Shown in pieces: positions 49,401 through 58,126 of a DNA stretch of 64,000 nt (its first letter is position 1; each line of letters starts with the position of its first letter). This DNA comes from Minisyncoccota bacterium (GTDB lineage: Bacteria > Patescibacteriota > Minisyncoccia > Phycocordibacterales > JABAAK01). Under the pieces are notes generated by a model. That model worked only from the letters and a program-made list of their open reading frames with translations, was not told the origin of the DNA and made no database searches. Both the position numbers and the translations under genes were made by a program. The DNA lies in NCBI GenBank assembly GCA_965222235.1, contig OZ244939.1, forward strand, positions 184,585-248,584, given 5' to 3'.

Positions 49401-50013
49401 CTACTGGGTAGTAATCTAGTATGACCCCTACTCTAAGAAAAGAAGAAAGGGGTAAGTAATGAAAATAATATTCTTGATCTGGTTTCGGTCTGAACGGGTG
49501 TAAAAATAAAAAGGTGTATAAACTGTTCCTTTCGCTTGCACTACCACCGATATTAAATTCGGGGTCTTTAATATAAATATGTGTTATCCAACCAAACCCA
49601 CCCTGACCAGACTTTTCAACCGTGTATACCTTTTTAATAGAAACATCTTCATGAGCTAAGGAAACAACAGTGTGTTTAATGACAGGAAGGACAGAGAATA
49701 AAACAAGAATAATCATAAGAGATTCTAAAATACGTAGTACGAGTAATGTTTTGGTTGGTTTCTTATTAAAATAAAGATAGGCATGTAATCTTTTTTTATT
49801 TTTTGTATATAGAAAGTAAATCGGTTTGCATAACTCAAACAAGCAAACAAAAAACATGGCAGTATAGAAATAGAAGTAGAAAATCCACGTTGATAGCCAT
49901 ATTGGTATGAAGTATTTCGGTACAAAGAGGACAATGAAAAGACCGATGCCGATATAGGTATAGATAGGGTGTTTCTTAAAAAATCTGATAATTTTTTTCA
50001 AAATGTTCTTCAT
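49369..50013 (-). CDS. candidate immunity protein for the full-length RHS toxin (3-TM membrane protein)
   Basis: Its start codon overlaps the RHS stop in an ATGA arrangement at 50010-50013. Protein of 214 aa, paralogous to 47248-47892. Confidence 0.55.
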   Translation of the reverse strand: MKNILKKIIRFFKKHPIYTYIGIGLFIVLFVPKYFIPIWLSTWIFYFYFYTAMFFVCLFELCKPIYFLYTKNKKRLHAYLYFNKKPTKTLLVLRILESLMIILVLFSVLPVIKHTVVSLAHEDVSIKKVYTVEKSGQGGFGWITHIYIKDPEFNIGGSASERNSLYTFLFLHPFRPKPDQEYYFHYLPLSSFLRVGVILDYYPVDENRNRIYDE

Positions 50014-53000
50014 CTTCTTGATTGTAGTGCTCTGATCCTTCTTTTTAATCTTGTTATTTCTTTTCGTAAGTAAGAGATTCTTTTCCTGATGCTTTGTGTC
50101 GTTATGTTGCTGTTATGTACACGTCTCTGAGTTCCTTCAAAAAAAGATTGAGGAAGTGATCGTGTTGTTTCAGCAACAAAGCCTTTTAATCCTGTTTTAG
50201 CACTCACATTAAGTATGGAAGCAGTGCCCCTACCAACTCGTGTGAGTGTTGATGAGTATGTTGAAGAAAAACTATGAGAACCTTTTGTGACATATGGAAT
50301 TTTTACAAATTTGCCGGCACCAGAAAGAAGAGAACTTCCTATTGTCCTAAAACCAAATCTCACAAAATTAAATTTCTGATCCTCGTTTTTATGCACCTCC
50401 CAACCTTGCTCAATTAAATCTCTCGTTGCCCCACCGGCACCTCCTGCAAGAAACAAACTGGCACCTCCTGTACCCGCTGCTATTGTCCCGGTAGTAGCAC
50501 CTCCAACCCCGGCAGCAACATAGCGGTAGGGATCAGAAACCTCTCCTGCGATGACATCAGCAACTACTTGAGAACCTATTCCTGCTAGTGCACCAATCGC
50601 AGCACCAATCGCAGCACCAATCGCTATATGCGCCAACTCCCCATCCCTATCCTCATAGCGCAGAGGATTATTCATAGCATACGCATAGGTATGGTGTGCC
50701 TGAGGATTGGTAAGGTAGTCAAGAAACGATACGCCTGTTGCTGCCTCAAACGCCACCGGACCTCCTATGTATTCTATTACCGGATCTTTGGAGATAAACA
50801 GTCCTTTATTCGGATCGTAGTATCGAGCATTTCTGTAGATAAAGTCTGTTTCATCCGTTATATTCCCCGTATGGGTATAGAGTGAATCTGTTGTGGCTGT
50901 TTCCGTATGTTTTTCTCCGTAGGGGTAGTAGTCTATTGTTTGGGTTACCGTTCCTTCTTTATTTATTCCCGCAATGGTACTTCCCAGTGCATCAGTGTAG
51001 AGATGGGTGTGCTGTGTTTTCTTGCATCGGGTGTCTTCTGTATTCGGGGATACAGTGACTGCTGTTTCATTTCCTCTTTTTACTACGATATTACCGTTTT
51101 CCGTTACCTTTGTATACTCTGTCTCCGGTGTGAGAGTGAAGAGGAGACTGGTTTGTGTGAGGAGACAAAGATCACTTACCCCGCTTACATTCTTGATACT
51201 TCCTATCACTTCTCCTTCGGCGAAGATGTGTGTTTCAATAGTACCGTTTTCAAGGGTGTAGTACGGATTTACAAAAACTGTATTATCTGTCCCCTTTGTT
51301 TCTTTCACCCGATTACCTTCATGATCATAGAGATAGGTGTAGGTGTCAGCTCCTTCGGTGATTGTTTTTACTCTGCCTTTGTAGTCCCAGGTAAGGGTGT
51401 TGGTTCCGTCTGTCAGGAAGTTTCCGTTTGTGTCATAGGTCTGTGCCGCTGTGCCTACTGTAGTGGGCATGTGGGGGGTAGTGAAGGTTGTCTCATCGGA
51501 GGTAAGATAAGTATAGTTGCCGACACCCGTTTTTGAGGTTATATTCCCTATCGCGTTGTATGTATAGCTTCTTGTGTAATTGTTTGATCCGTTATTGGTT
51601 ACTGTTGCACTAATGAGACGATTCATATTGTCATACGTGTATGCTTTGTTTACCGCTGTACCCGATGTGTTAGTATCAATCGTAGCAGTTATGTTACTGT
51701 CTCTGTCGTAGGTGTACTCAAGTTTTCTCGCAACAGCGATACTATTCCCCTTCACTTCCCTTATTGTCAGTCTTCCCGATGAATCGTATGTGTTTGTTTC
51801 TTTTGATCCGTTTGATCCGGTTTTTGTGTCAACCAGACCGAATACGTTGTAGGTAAGGGTTGTAAAGGGAGTATCGCTCACGGATACCGAAGAAACTCTG
51901 CCATTTTTTCCGTAGATGTTTTTAATAACAGTGCTGTTCGGAAGTGTTGTGGTGACTATGCCATTCTGTAAATTATGTGTATAGGTTGTTGTGTATGCGG
52001 TGCCGCTGATTGTTTTCACCTCTTCTTTCAGATTTCCTTCTTTATCGTATTTATAGGTCGCATTAACACTATCCGCTGAGGTAACAGAACAGATGCTTCC
52101 TTTTCCGTTCTCACAGGAATCGTATGTATACTGATAATCCGTTCCTGTAACAGATGCTCTGTCCTCCGTTAATGCCCTGCCGAGTGCATCATAGGTATAT
52201 GCTATAGCGGTTCCGTCCCGCTTTGTTTTTGATGTCAGGTACTCCTTGTTATACGCAAATTGCAGTGTCTTGTATGTCGTATCACTCGTGTGATGTAAAT
52301 CCTCAATGCTTGTGGTTCGTCCTATCATGTCATACTGTATACCACGGACATTATTCAACGCATCCTTCACTTTAATAATGCGATCCAATGGATCGTAGGT
52401 ATAGGTGGTGGTATGGGTGGAGGCACCGTCTATTTCATGCACCCTGTGCAGACGCCCGTAGCTGTCGTGTTCCAAACGTTTTTTCCTGTCCTCCGCCGAG
52501 GTAATTTCAACCGTATGCCCGTCATATGATGAAGTTGTTGTTCCGACCGGATTAACCACAGATACTATTCTGTTCAGCCCGTCATAGGTTGAGGAAGTGT
52601 TTGACGTGCCGGTTGGTGTTGTTGCATATGAACTTGTTGATGACTGGTACGGCATGTATTTTTTCTCAATCAGTCCCCGCTCGGTGTATGTTACATCCTC
52701 AGTATCAAACTTCGTGCCGTTAGATGTTTTTGTCTGTATTGTTCTGCCCAGACCGTCCATGTATGTCTGTCCGATTCTGGTTGCTGATCCGAAGTGCTCC
52801 CTCCTTTGCACTGAGTACGGACGATTTGTAAAGTTATACGAATAATCCGCCACTGTCTCTTTTGTACTTGCCCGTTTTTTCTTTATCGCCGTTATTCTGT
52901 CAATTCCGTCAAATTCGTAGTATATCTCAAAACCGTTCGGGTCTGTTATTTTTGTTACCTCTCCTGATGTTTCGTCGTATTCATACTGTGTGACATGTGA

Positions 53001-56000
53001 GAGTGGGTTGGTTTCCTGTGTCAGACGCAGTGAGTTGGTGTCATACGTATAGGTTGTTGTGTTGTTCAGGGAATCATTTTCCGTCAGCACCCGCCCTCTC
53101 GTGTTGTATGTGTAGGTTCTTTTTTGCTTTGTCGTGCCGTCTATCTTTCTCTTTTTTGTGAGCATATTCCCATTTGAGTCGTAGGTATACTCATTTTCAA
53201 CAATAATCACATCCGATGCATTTTTTATCGTTTCCTCGGACAGCAATGAAACTATATAATTGGTCGTGTCCGGCGTTTTGTAGGTGTACACTACCTTGCG
53301 CAATACGGCGGTTCCGCTCTTTTTTGTCTCAGTGAGCACATTACCGTATGTGTCGTAAGTGTATTCCGTGCTGTTTGAGTAGTCATCACCGAATGTTACA
53401 TTGCCGCTGCCGTATACCGTCTTTTTCTCTTTTGTCAGGTACATGTATGTGCTGTTTGTGCCGTTGCTGGTTTCCCCGTATGTGTATTCAATCTTTTCAA
53501 GAAGAATGTTCGACTCGCCTTCATTTACTGCCGCTTGGTATATTTCTTTCTTGTACGGAAGTCCTATTTTTGCATACGAGTCAGTCGGTTCCGCATTGGT
53601 GCTATTCTGCCCATTTCCCTGGTGGTAGTATATTTTTTCTTTTCTGTTTCCCCGTGTTCTCTCCACTGTTTCAAAACCGGCGAACTTTTTGTCAGACGGA
53701 CCGTTAAAGTAGTAATACCCGCCTGTGTACCCGAGAGTTTCCGTGTTGTCCGTGGCATATGTATCCGTATATGCAATTGAGGAGACGATGCGGAGGGGAA
53801 ACGGCACCCTGTTGGTTGTATCATGCACTCCGGCACCGGTGTACGATATATCAAAACTGCCGCCGTATTTGGTAGTGATTGTGTCTAATTCAAACGTGTT
53901 GTCAGCAATGAAGTATTTGTAGTCATATCCAAAATTTCTTCTCCCCACTCTTTGCTTTTTATAGTACACATCATTTATTCCGTCGCCGTTTACATCTATC
54001 ATGGCATTTACATATATATTTCCGTTTGAGTTTGATCCGGCATGTTCTAATATACCTGCATTCCTGAGAGCGTCGGTATATTTCTTACTGTATTGATACC
54101 CATCAATACCCTTACTCAAATAGACTCGGTATCCGTAGTTATGTGTTTTGGTTATATCTTTGATATTTCGATCAATATCTCTATCGTTATAAATATCGGT
54201 GACAATGAGGTCATACATACCATCCGTGTTTATATCCTTCCATGATCCGGCATATCTGTCAGTACTGAAGTTATTGTTTCCGTCGGCAAAATAAATTGTG
54301 GGGTAATTCAAGTAATCAATGTCCGCCGACCAGCCGAACCCATTATTGATTTTAGATCTACTTATATCAGCAAGACCGTCACCGTTGTAGTCAATAAGGA
54401 AGTTCGGAACTCGTAACCCGTAATAGGGACCGTGATAGGGATCCCCCCTGTTGTAGTACAGAATATACGGTACTGATATGGTGCTTGACTGTACCGGATT
54501 AAATCCGTCGGCGTTTAGAAACACAAGTGTTGTAGTGTAATCCCTCCATCCGCCACCACGAGTATGCCTATCATACCTCTTTGGAAATACATCCAACGTC
54601 CCATCTCCGTTTATATCACCCAGACCGTCAGCCCATGAGGAATGAAAGTCCCTGTTAATAGAGGTTCTGCTGAAGGTGTTGAGTGAGCCATTATTCTTGT
54701 ATATATAACTGTTAGTACTGCACCTCTTACATCTTCTTGTTATGACCTGAAGAAAATCAGGGTAATAATCGCCGTTCATATCAAACTTACCCTGAACGCT
54801 ATCAAATGTCGGAAACATATCGATTGCGGAGTTAAAACCGTTACCATTGTTCACCTGAGTATCATTTGTCGCCCCCAAGGAAACAACATCAGGCATACCA
54901 TCCCTTGTCGCATCTGCAAGACCTGACGGACCGGTAGATCCATAACTGCTGTTTTCCGTGTATGAAATAGTGTCAGTGTATCCAAACGTTGTTTTCGGTT
55001 CGGTTGTCCAATTGCCGTCTGCATCCTTGCCGTATTTGTACAACGCTTTGATAACATACGTGTATTTCAATTCATTGACAAGTTCAAGATCCTGTTTGTA
55101 TGAAAATAGTTTTTCCGTACCTTTGTAAAAGTCAATGCCGTTTATTATGTACTTCGTTTTTACCGGAAATCCTGTATTGAAAAGTTTTGTCTTATCATTT
55201 CTCCCCTGTTTGGTGAATTGGAGCGAATACACATATGATCCTCCGGAAGTATTTACATACTCTATCTTCTTCGGGTATATCTGCCCGTGGTCTTTGGTGT
55301 ATGTGTACTCTATCGTGTTGCCATTTGTATCTTCTATCTTTTCAAGCATCCATTTGAACGTTTCTGTTTCCCACTGTACCGTGCCGTCCTGACGCGCCTG
55401 CAGAGTTTCACCGAAGTAATACTTCGTACCGACGGTATCAGTTACTACCCAATAATCACCAATTTTCTCGTATTTTCTGAATGCTCCTTTTTCTGTCCTC
55501 GGCTTATACATCTCCGACTGTGTGGTACTCTTTGTTGTTGTTTCACTTATTTTGTATGTGTATACCTCACCCCCATCGTACCACCGGTTTCGGCGACTGT
55601 CAAACCTGGTAACTCCCGCAGCGATATATCCTCCGTCAAGAGATATTGATCGCGCAGAAAAATCACCTGTGATGTCGGGGGGAATTACTTTTCTCTCAAA
55701 TCCCCAGGTGCCGTCACTTTTCTCTTTATACACATAAAACATATACTTTCTATGTTCTGTATCCCTTGCGCCCACTGTTAAGGTGTCTCCGTCGAGCAAA
55801 ACACCCCATGAACCGAAAACAATGTTCGAGTGGCTGTCTGACGCTTTCAGTTTCACCGGATTACCCCATGTTCCGTCTGATTCTCTCGTGTATACATACA
55901 CCGCACCAGAGGATTCAATACCGGTACTCTCCCCACTCATACCGATTGCCAAGGTGTTTCCGTTGATTGCAACAGATGTGCCGAATGGGGTTTTTCCTAT

Positions 56001-57374
56001 TATGACTTGATTTTCATATTTTGTAGTATTGCCGGGCTTGCTTGCATTACCCCACCCTCCGTTCACATCCTCTTCGTATATAAATACTGCCGGACCGTTG
56101 CCTGTAGTAACTACAAGACGATTTCCTGCTAATGAAATACGATCTCCGAACTCTCCTGAAGTGTTGCGATTCCCATATCTGGCGCTCGGATACAGTGACT
56201 CTTTTTTTATCCACGAACCCGCATCATTCCGTTTATATACCTCAATATACCACCATGACTGTCTATCCCTCGCCTTCACCGCCAGTATGTCATCATCAAG
56301 GTATACGGTATCAGCAGACCGAACCTGAATTTCCGTTCTGTTTCCCCACACATCATTCGTCCCCCTTTTATACACAAATACCTTGTTACTTGAAACCGTG
56401 ACAGCCAAATAATCTCCTGATAGGGAAATATTTTCTCCGAAACTGGAATATGTGGCATCCGACAATCGTTGTAAAAAAGCCCACGAGCCGCTACTCTGCC
56501 TCTTGTATATATACACCACACCGTCTGCTCCATTTCTTTCGTTGTCGTCTAAGTCGTATGTAGGGGCACTCATAGCAAGGTAGTCCCCGTTTAGTGAAAC
56601 CCTTTGTCCGAACCGGCTGCTTGCTTTCCAATCGGTCGGCACAATTTTCTGTTTACTACCGATGGCATACTCCTTTACGGGATATGATGTAGACGATATA
56701 CTTGCCGTATTTTGTTTTACTATTTCACCGTCCAGTGATGAAATATAATCATCGTTTGTATATATTTTATTTGAACCCTTTTTTGTTGATCGCTCTATAT
56801 ATGGTATATCCACTTCCCAACCGTACCCGAATATGCCGTTATTCTTTTTGTTGGAACTCTTGAAAACAAGATTGTGCTGAGGAGTAAACCCGTTTCTCCC
56901 TTCGGGGACGGTAAGAGAGTATGAATAGGTGAGTGATCCGTCTAAATTGTCTATCAATGGGTGAATAACATTCCCTGATGATTTTATTGTTCCCGTTGTC
57001 CCGGATGAAGAGCCCGATGCCCCTGATGCCCCATCTTCAGTATCCTGATTATCAACATAATCGTCAGGCAACTCAAAGGACGGGTGAATGGGGCCCCCGC
57101 TATCAACAGAACCCTGAGCGGGAGGTTCCGGCAAATCACCGATTCCGTCATCCTCATCCGGCGATACGGTACCGCTCGGTCCGTCCTCTATCTGCCCTGA
57201 CGGTCCCGAAGTTTCACCCTGTGCATAAGAAACCAACGGGTTAAGGACAAGGAGCAGTGAAAGTGTAAAAGAAAGGAGTACCGATGATATTGAATGATAT
57301 CTCTTATTGCGAAACGGTACAATAGTATCAAGTGAACTATACGAACTGGTTACCATATTAAAGAAACGGTACAT
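50010..57374 (-). CDS. giant RHS/YD-repeat polymorphic toxin, a fused TcB/TcC-like cocoon protein: signal peptide, SpvB-like N-terminal domain, FG-GAP/VCBS beta-propeller repeats, YD repeats, RHS core and a variable C-terminal toxin domain
   Basis: Start set at MYRFFNMVTSS, 57374. The ORF-track extension to 57731 runs through the divergent promoter region and is judged artefactual. Signal peptide ISSVLLSFTLSLLLVLNPLVSYAQG. SpvB-like block GSLTYSYSLTVPEGRNGFTPQHNLVFKSS...GYGWEVDIPYIERST. DxNGDGxxD repeats (DINGDGTLDV, DYNGDGLADI, DVNGDGINDV). Dozens of YD repeats (YTYDTNGN, YEYDETSG, YTYDALGR...). RHS core RYYDPNKGLFISKDP ... NNPLRYEDRDGE, followed by a 208-aa C-terminal domain rich in glycine-zipper motifs. 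Confidence 0.85.
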   Translation of the reverse strand: MYRFFNMVTSSYSSLDTIVPFRNKRYHSISSVLLSFTLSLLLVLNPLVSYAQGETSGPSGQIEDGPSGTVSPDEDDGIGDLPEPPAQGSVDSGGPIHPSFELPDDYVDNQDTEDGASGASGSSSGTTGTIKSSGNVIHPLIDNLDGSLTYSYSLTVPEGRNGFTPQHNLVFKSSNKKNNGIFGYGWEVDIPYIERSTKKGSNKIYTNDDYISSLDGEIVKQNTASISSTSYPVKEYAIGSKQKIVPTDWKASSRFGQRVSLNGDYLAMSAPTYDLDDNERNGADGVVYIYKRQSSGSWAFLQRLSDATYSSFGENISLSGDYLAVTVSSNKVFVYKRGTNDVWGNRTEIQVRSADTVYLDDDILAVKARDRQSWWYIEVYKRNDAGSWIKKESLYPSARYGNRNTSGEFGDRISLAGNRLVVTTGNGPAVFIYEEDVNGGWGNASKPGNTTKYENQVIIGKTPFGTSVAINGNTLAIGMSGESTGIESSGAVYVYTRESDGTWGNPVKLKASDSHSNIVFGSWGVLLDGDTLTVGARDTEHRKYMFYVYKEKSDGTWGFERKVIPPDITGDFSARSISLDGGYIAAGVTRFDSRRNRWYDGGEVYTYKISETTTKSTTQSEMYKPRTEKGAFRKYEKIGDYWVVTDTVGTKYYFGETLQARQDGTVQWETETFKWMLEKIEDTNGNTIEYTYTKDHGQIYPKKIEYVNTSGGSYVYSLQFTKQGRNDKTKLFNTGFPVKTKYIINGIDFYKGTEKLFSYKQDLELVNELKYTYVIKALYKYGKDADGNWTTEPKTTFGYTDTISYTENSSYGSTGPSGLADATRDGMPDVVSLGATNDTQVNNGNGFNSAIDMFPTFDSVQGKFDMNGDYYPDFLQVITRRCKRCSTNSYIYKNNGSLNTFSRTSINRDFHSSWADGLGDINGDGTLDVFPKRYDRHTRGGGWRDYTTTLVFLNADGFNPVQSSTISVPYILYYNRGDPYHGPYYGLRVPNFLIDYNGDGLADISRSKINNGFGWSADIDYLNYPTIYFADGNNNFSTDRYAGSWKDINTDGMYDLIVTDIYNDRDIDRNIKDITKTHNYGYRVYLSKGIDGYQYSKKYTDALRNAGILEHAGSNSNGNIYVNAMIDVNGDGINDVYYKKQRVGRRNFGYDYKYFIADNTFELDTITTKYGGSFDISYTGAGVHDTTNRVPFPLRIVSSIAYTDTYATDNTETLGYTGGYYYFNGPSDKKFAGFETVERTRGNRKEKIYYHQGNGQNSTNAEPTDSYAKIGLPYKKEIYQAAVNEGESNILLEKIEYTYGETSNGTNSTYMYLTKEKKTVYGSGNVTFGDDYSNSTEYTYDTYGNVLTETKKSGTAVLRKVVYTYKTPDTTNYIVSLLSEETIKNASDVIIVENEYTYDSNGNMLTKKRKIDGTTKQKRTYTYNTRGRVLTENDSLNNTTTYTYDTNSLRLTQETNPLSHVTQYEYDETSGEVTKITDPNGFEIYYEFDGIDRITAIKKKRASTKETVADYSYNFTNRPYSVQRREHFGSATRIGQTYMDGLGRTIQTKTSNGTKFDTEDVTYTERGLIEKKYMPYQSSTSSYATTPTGTSNTSSTYDGLNRIVSVVNPVGTTTSSYDGHTVEITSAEDRKKRLEHDSYGRLHRVHEIDGASTHTTTYTYDPLDRIIKVKDALNNVRGIQYDMIGRTTSIEDLHHTSDTTYKTLQFAYNKEYLTSKTKRDGTAIAYTYDALGRALTEDRASVTGTDYQYTYDSCENGKGSICSVTSADSVNATYKYDKEGNLKEEVKTISGTAYTTTYTHNLQNGIVTTTLPNSTVIKNIYGKNGRVSSVSVSDTPFTTLTYNVFGLVDTKTGSNGSKETNTYDSSGRLTIREVKGNSIAVARKLEYTYDRDSNITATIDTNTSGTAVNKAYTYDNMNRLISATVTNNGSNNYTRSYTYNAIGNITSKTGVGNYTYLTSDETTFTTPHMPTTVGTAAQTYDTNGNFLTDGTNTLTWDYKGRVKTITEGADTYTYLYDHEGNRVKETKGTDNTVFVNPYYTLENGTIETHIFAEGEVIGSIKNVSGVSDLCLLTQTSLLFTLTPETEYTKVTENGNIVVKRGNETAVTVSPNTEDTRCKKTQHTHLYTDALGSTIAGINKEGTVTQTIDYYPYGEKHTETATTDSLYTHTGNITDETDFIYRNARYYDPNKGLFISKDPVIEYIGGPVAFEAATGVSFLDYLTNPQAHHTYAYAMNNPLRYEDRDGELAHIAIGAAIGAAIGALAGIGSQVVADVIAGEVSDPYRYVAAGVGGATTGTIAAGTGGASLFLAGGAGGATRDLIEQGWEVHKNEDQKFNFVRFGFRTIGSSLLSGAGKFVKIPYVTKGSHSFSSTYSSTLTRVGRGTASILNVSAKTGLKGFVAETTRSLPQSFFEGTQRRVHNSNITTQSIRKRISYLRKEITRLKRRIRALQSRR
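50615..51498. repeat. duplicated RHS core segment, copy inside the full-length gene (about 884 bp)
   Basis: See 48479-49362. The offset between the copies is 2136 bp. Confidence 0.85.
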
Positions 57375-57488
57375 ACATGCAAACACTAATATTACTATGA
57401 TACCTTTTAAATTAACCCGCGACTCACTTTCCCACTTTGGAGGCGCCGACCCGGCGCGGTTGCGCCGCATATGATGCGGAGAAAAGAC

Positions 57489-57595
57489 ATGATGTTCCTT
57501 TTCCCACAATGTTTGTGTTACAATGCAATACATATGAAGGAGGGAAAAGAGTACATCCCGAGGTCGCAGGAACCAAAACCTTTCATGGAAGGAGC
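57489..57595 (+). repeat. direct repeat, right copy, including the promoter/RBS/start of the 57533 gene
   Basis: The 97-bp stretch at 57499-57595 is identical to 46506-46602. It lies in the divergent intergenic region between the RHS gene on the minus strand and the 57533 gene on the plus strand. Confidence 0.85.
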
Positions 57596-58094
57596 GGCGT
57601 ATAGGCCTGGGGAAATCATACATTTTGACCAGGCAACCAAAGAGGAGGTTGTGGAGATTTTGAACAATCAAGATTTGTCTCAAAACGAGCGGGAGAAACG
57701 TGTTTTCACATATCTTAAAAATCATCCGCAAGATCAGCTAGTTATTGAGGGACAGATAGATGAAGTAACCTACGACGGCATTGAGAACCTGCCCCTTCCG
57801 GAGAAATATGTACTATTCTCGCATCTAATGCGAAAGTGGGATGAAAATAAATCCGTAAAAATGGAGTTAAGGAAAACCGTTGAAACCATATTTAAACGGG
57901 AGGATATCAGTGAGACAGAACAGGATGCCCTCATATCCAAGTATGTGCAAGAACAAGGTTTATCGGCAACAGATACCGATCTTCTTATACAGAAAATTGT
58001 AACCCGAGGAACCGGCAGTTTGAGCAGAAAAGAAAATGTCGCTCTTTACACAGCCCTTGAAGAGAATTGGAAACAACAGCATCACCCGCACTAA
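57533..58094 (+). CDS. hypothetical soluble protein, AT-rich, divergently transcribed from the RHS gene
   Basis: Start chosen at ATG AAG GAG GGA (MKEGKEYIPRSQ...). No recognisable family. AT-rich composition like the rest of the island. Confidence 0.4.
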
Positions 58095-58126
58095 TCCGCG
58101 GTATCATACACATTCTATAGGAATAT

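Noticed and set aside
48479-51498. Possibility that the 884-bp duplicate pair is the template/variable repeat pair of a diversity-generating retroelement
   Set aside because: The repeats are far longer than DGR repeats. No reverse transcriptase gene is present. The few mismatches are c/t and g/a transitions rather than adenine-specific substitutions.
57375-57731. N-terminal 119-aa extension of the giant RHS ORF in the six-frame track (MRMIFKICENTF...)
   Set aside because: The extension runs antisense through the divergent promoter and direct-repeat region. It is followed by a strong signal peptide starting at MYRFFNMVTSS. Its residues SFHERFWFLRPRDVLFSLLHMYCIVTQTLWEK reappear in a minus-strand ORF at 46487-46711, but only because both read the 97-bp direct repeat backwards. 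It is treated as a non-coding read-through artefact.
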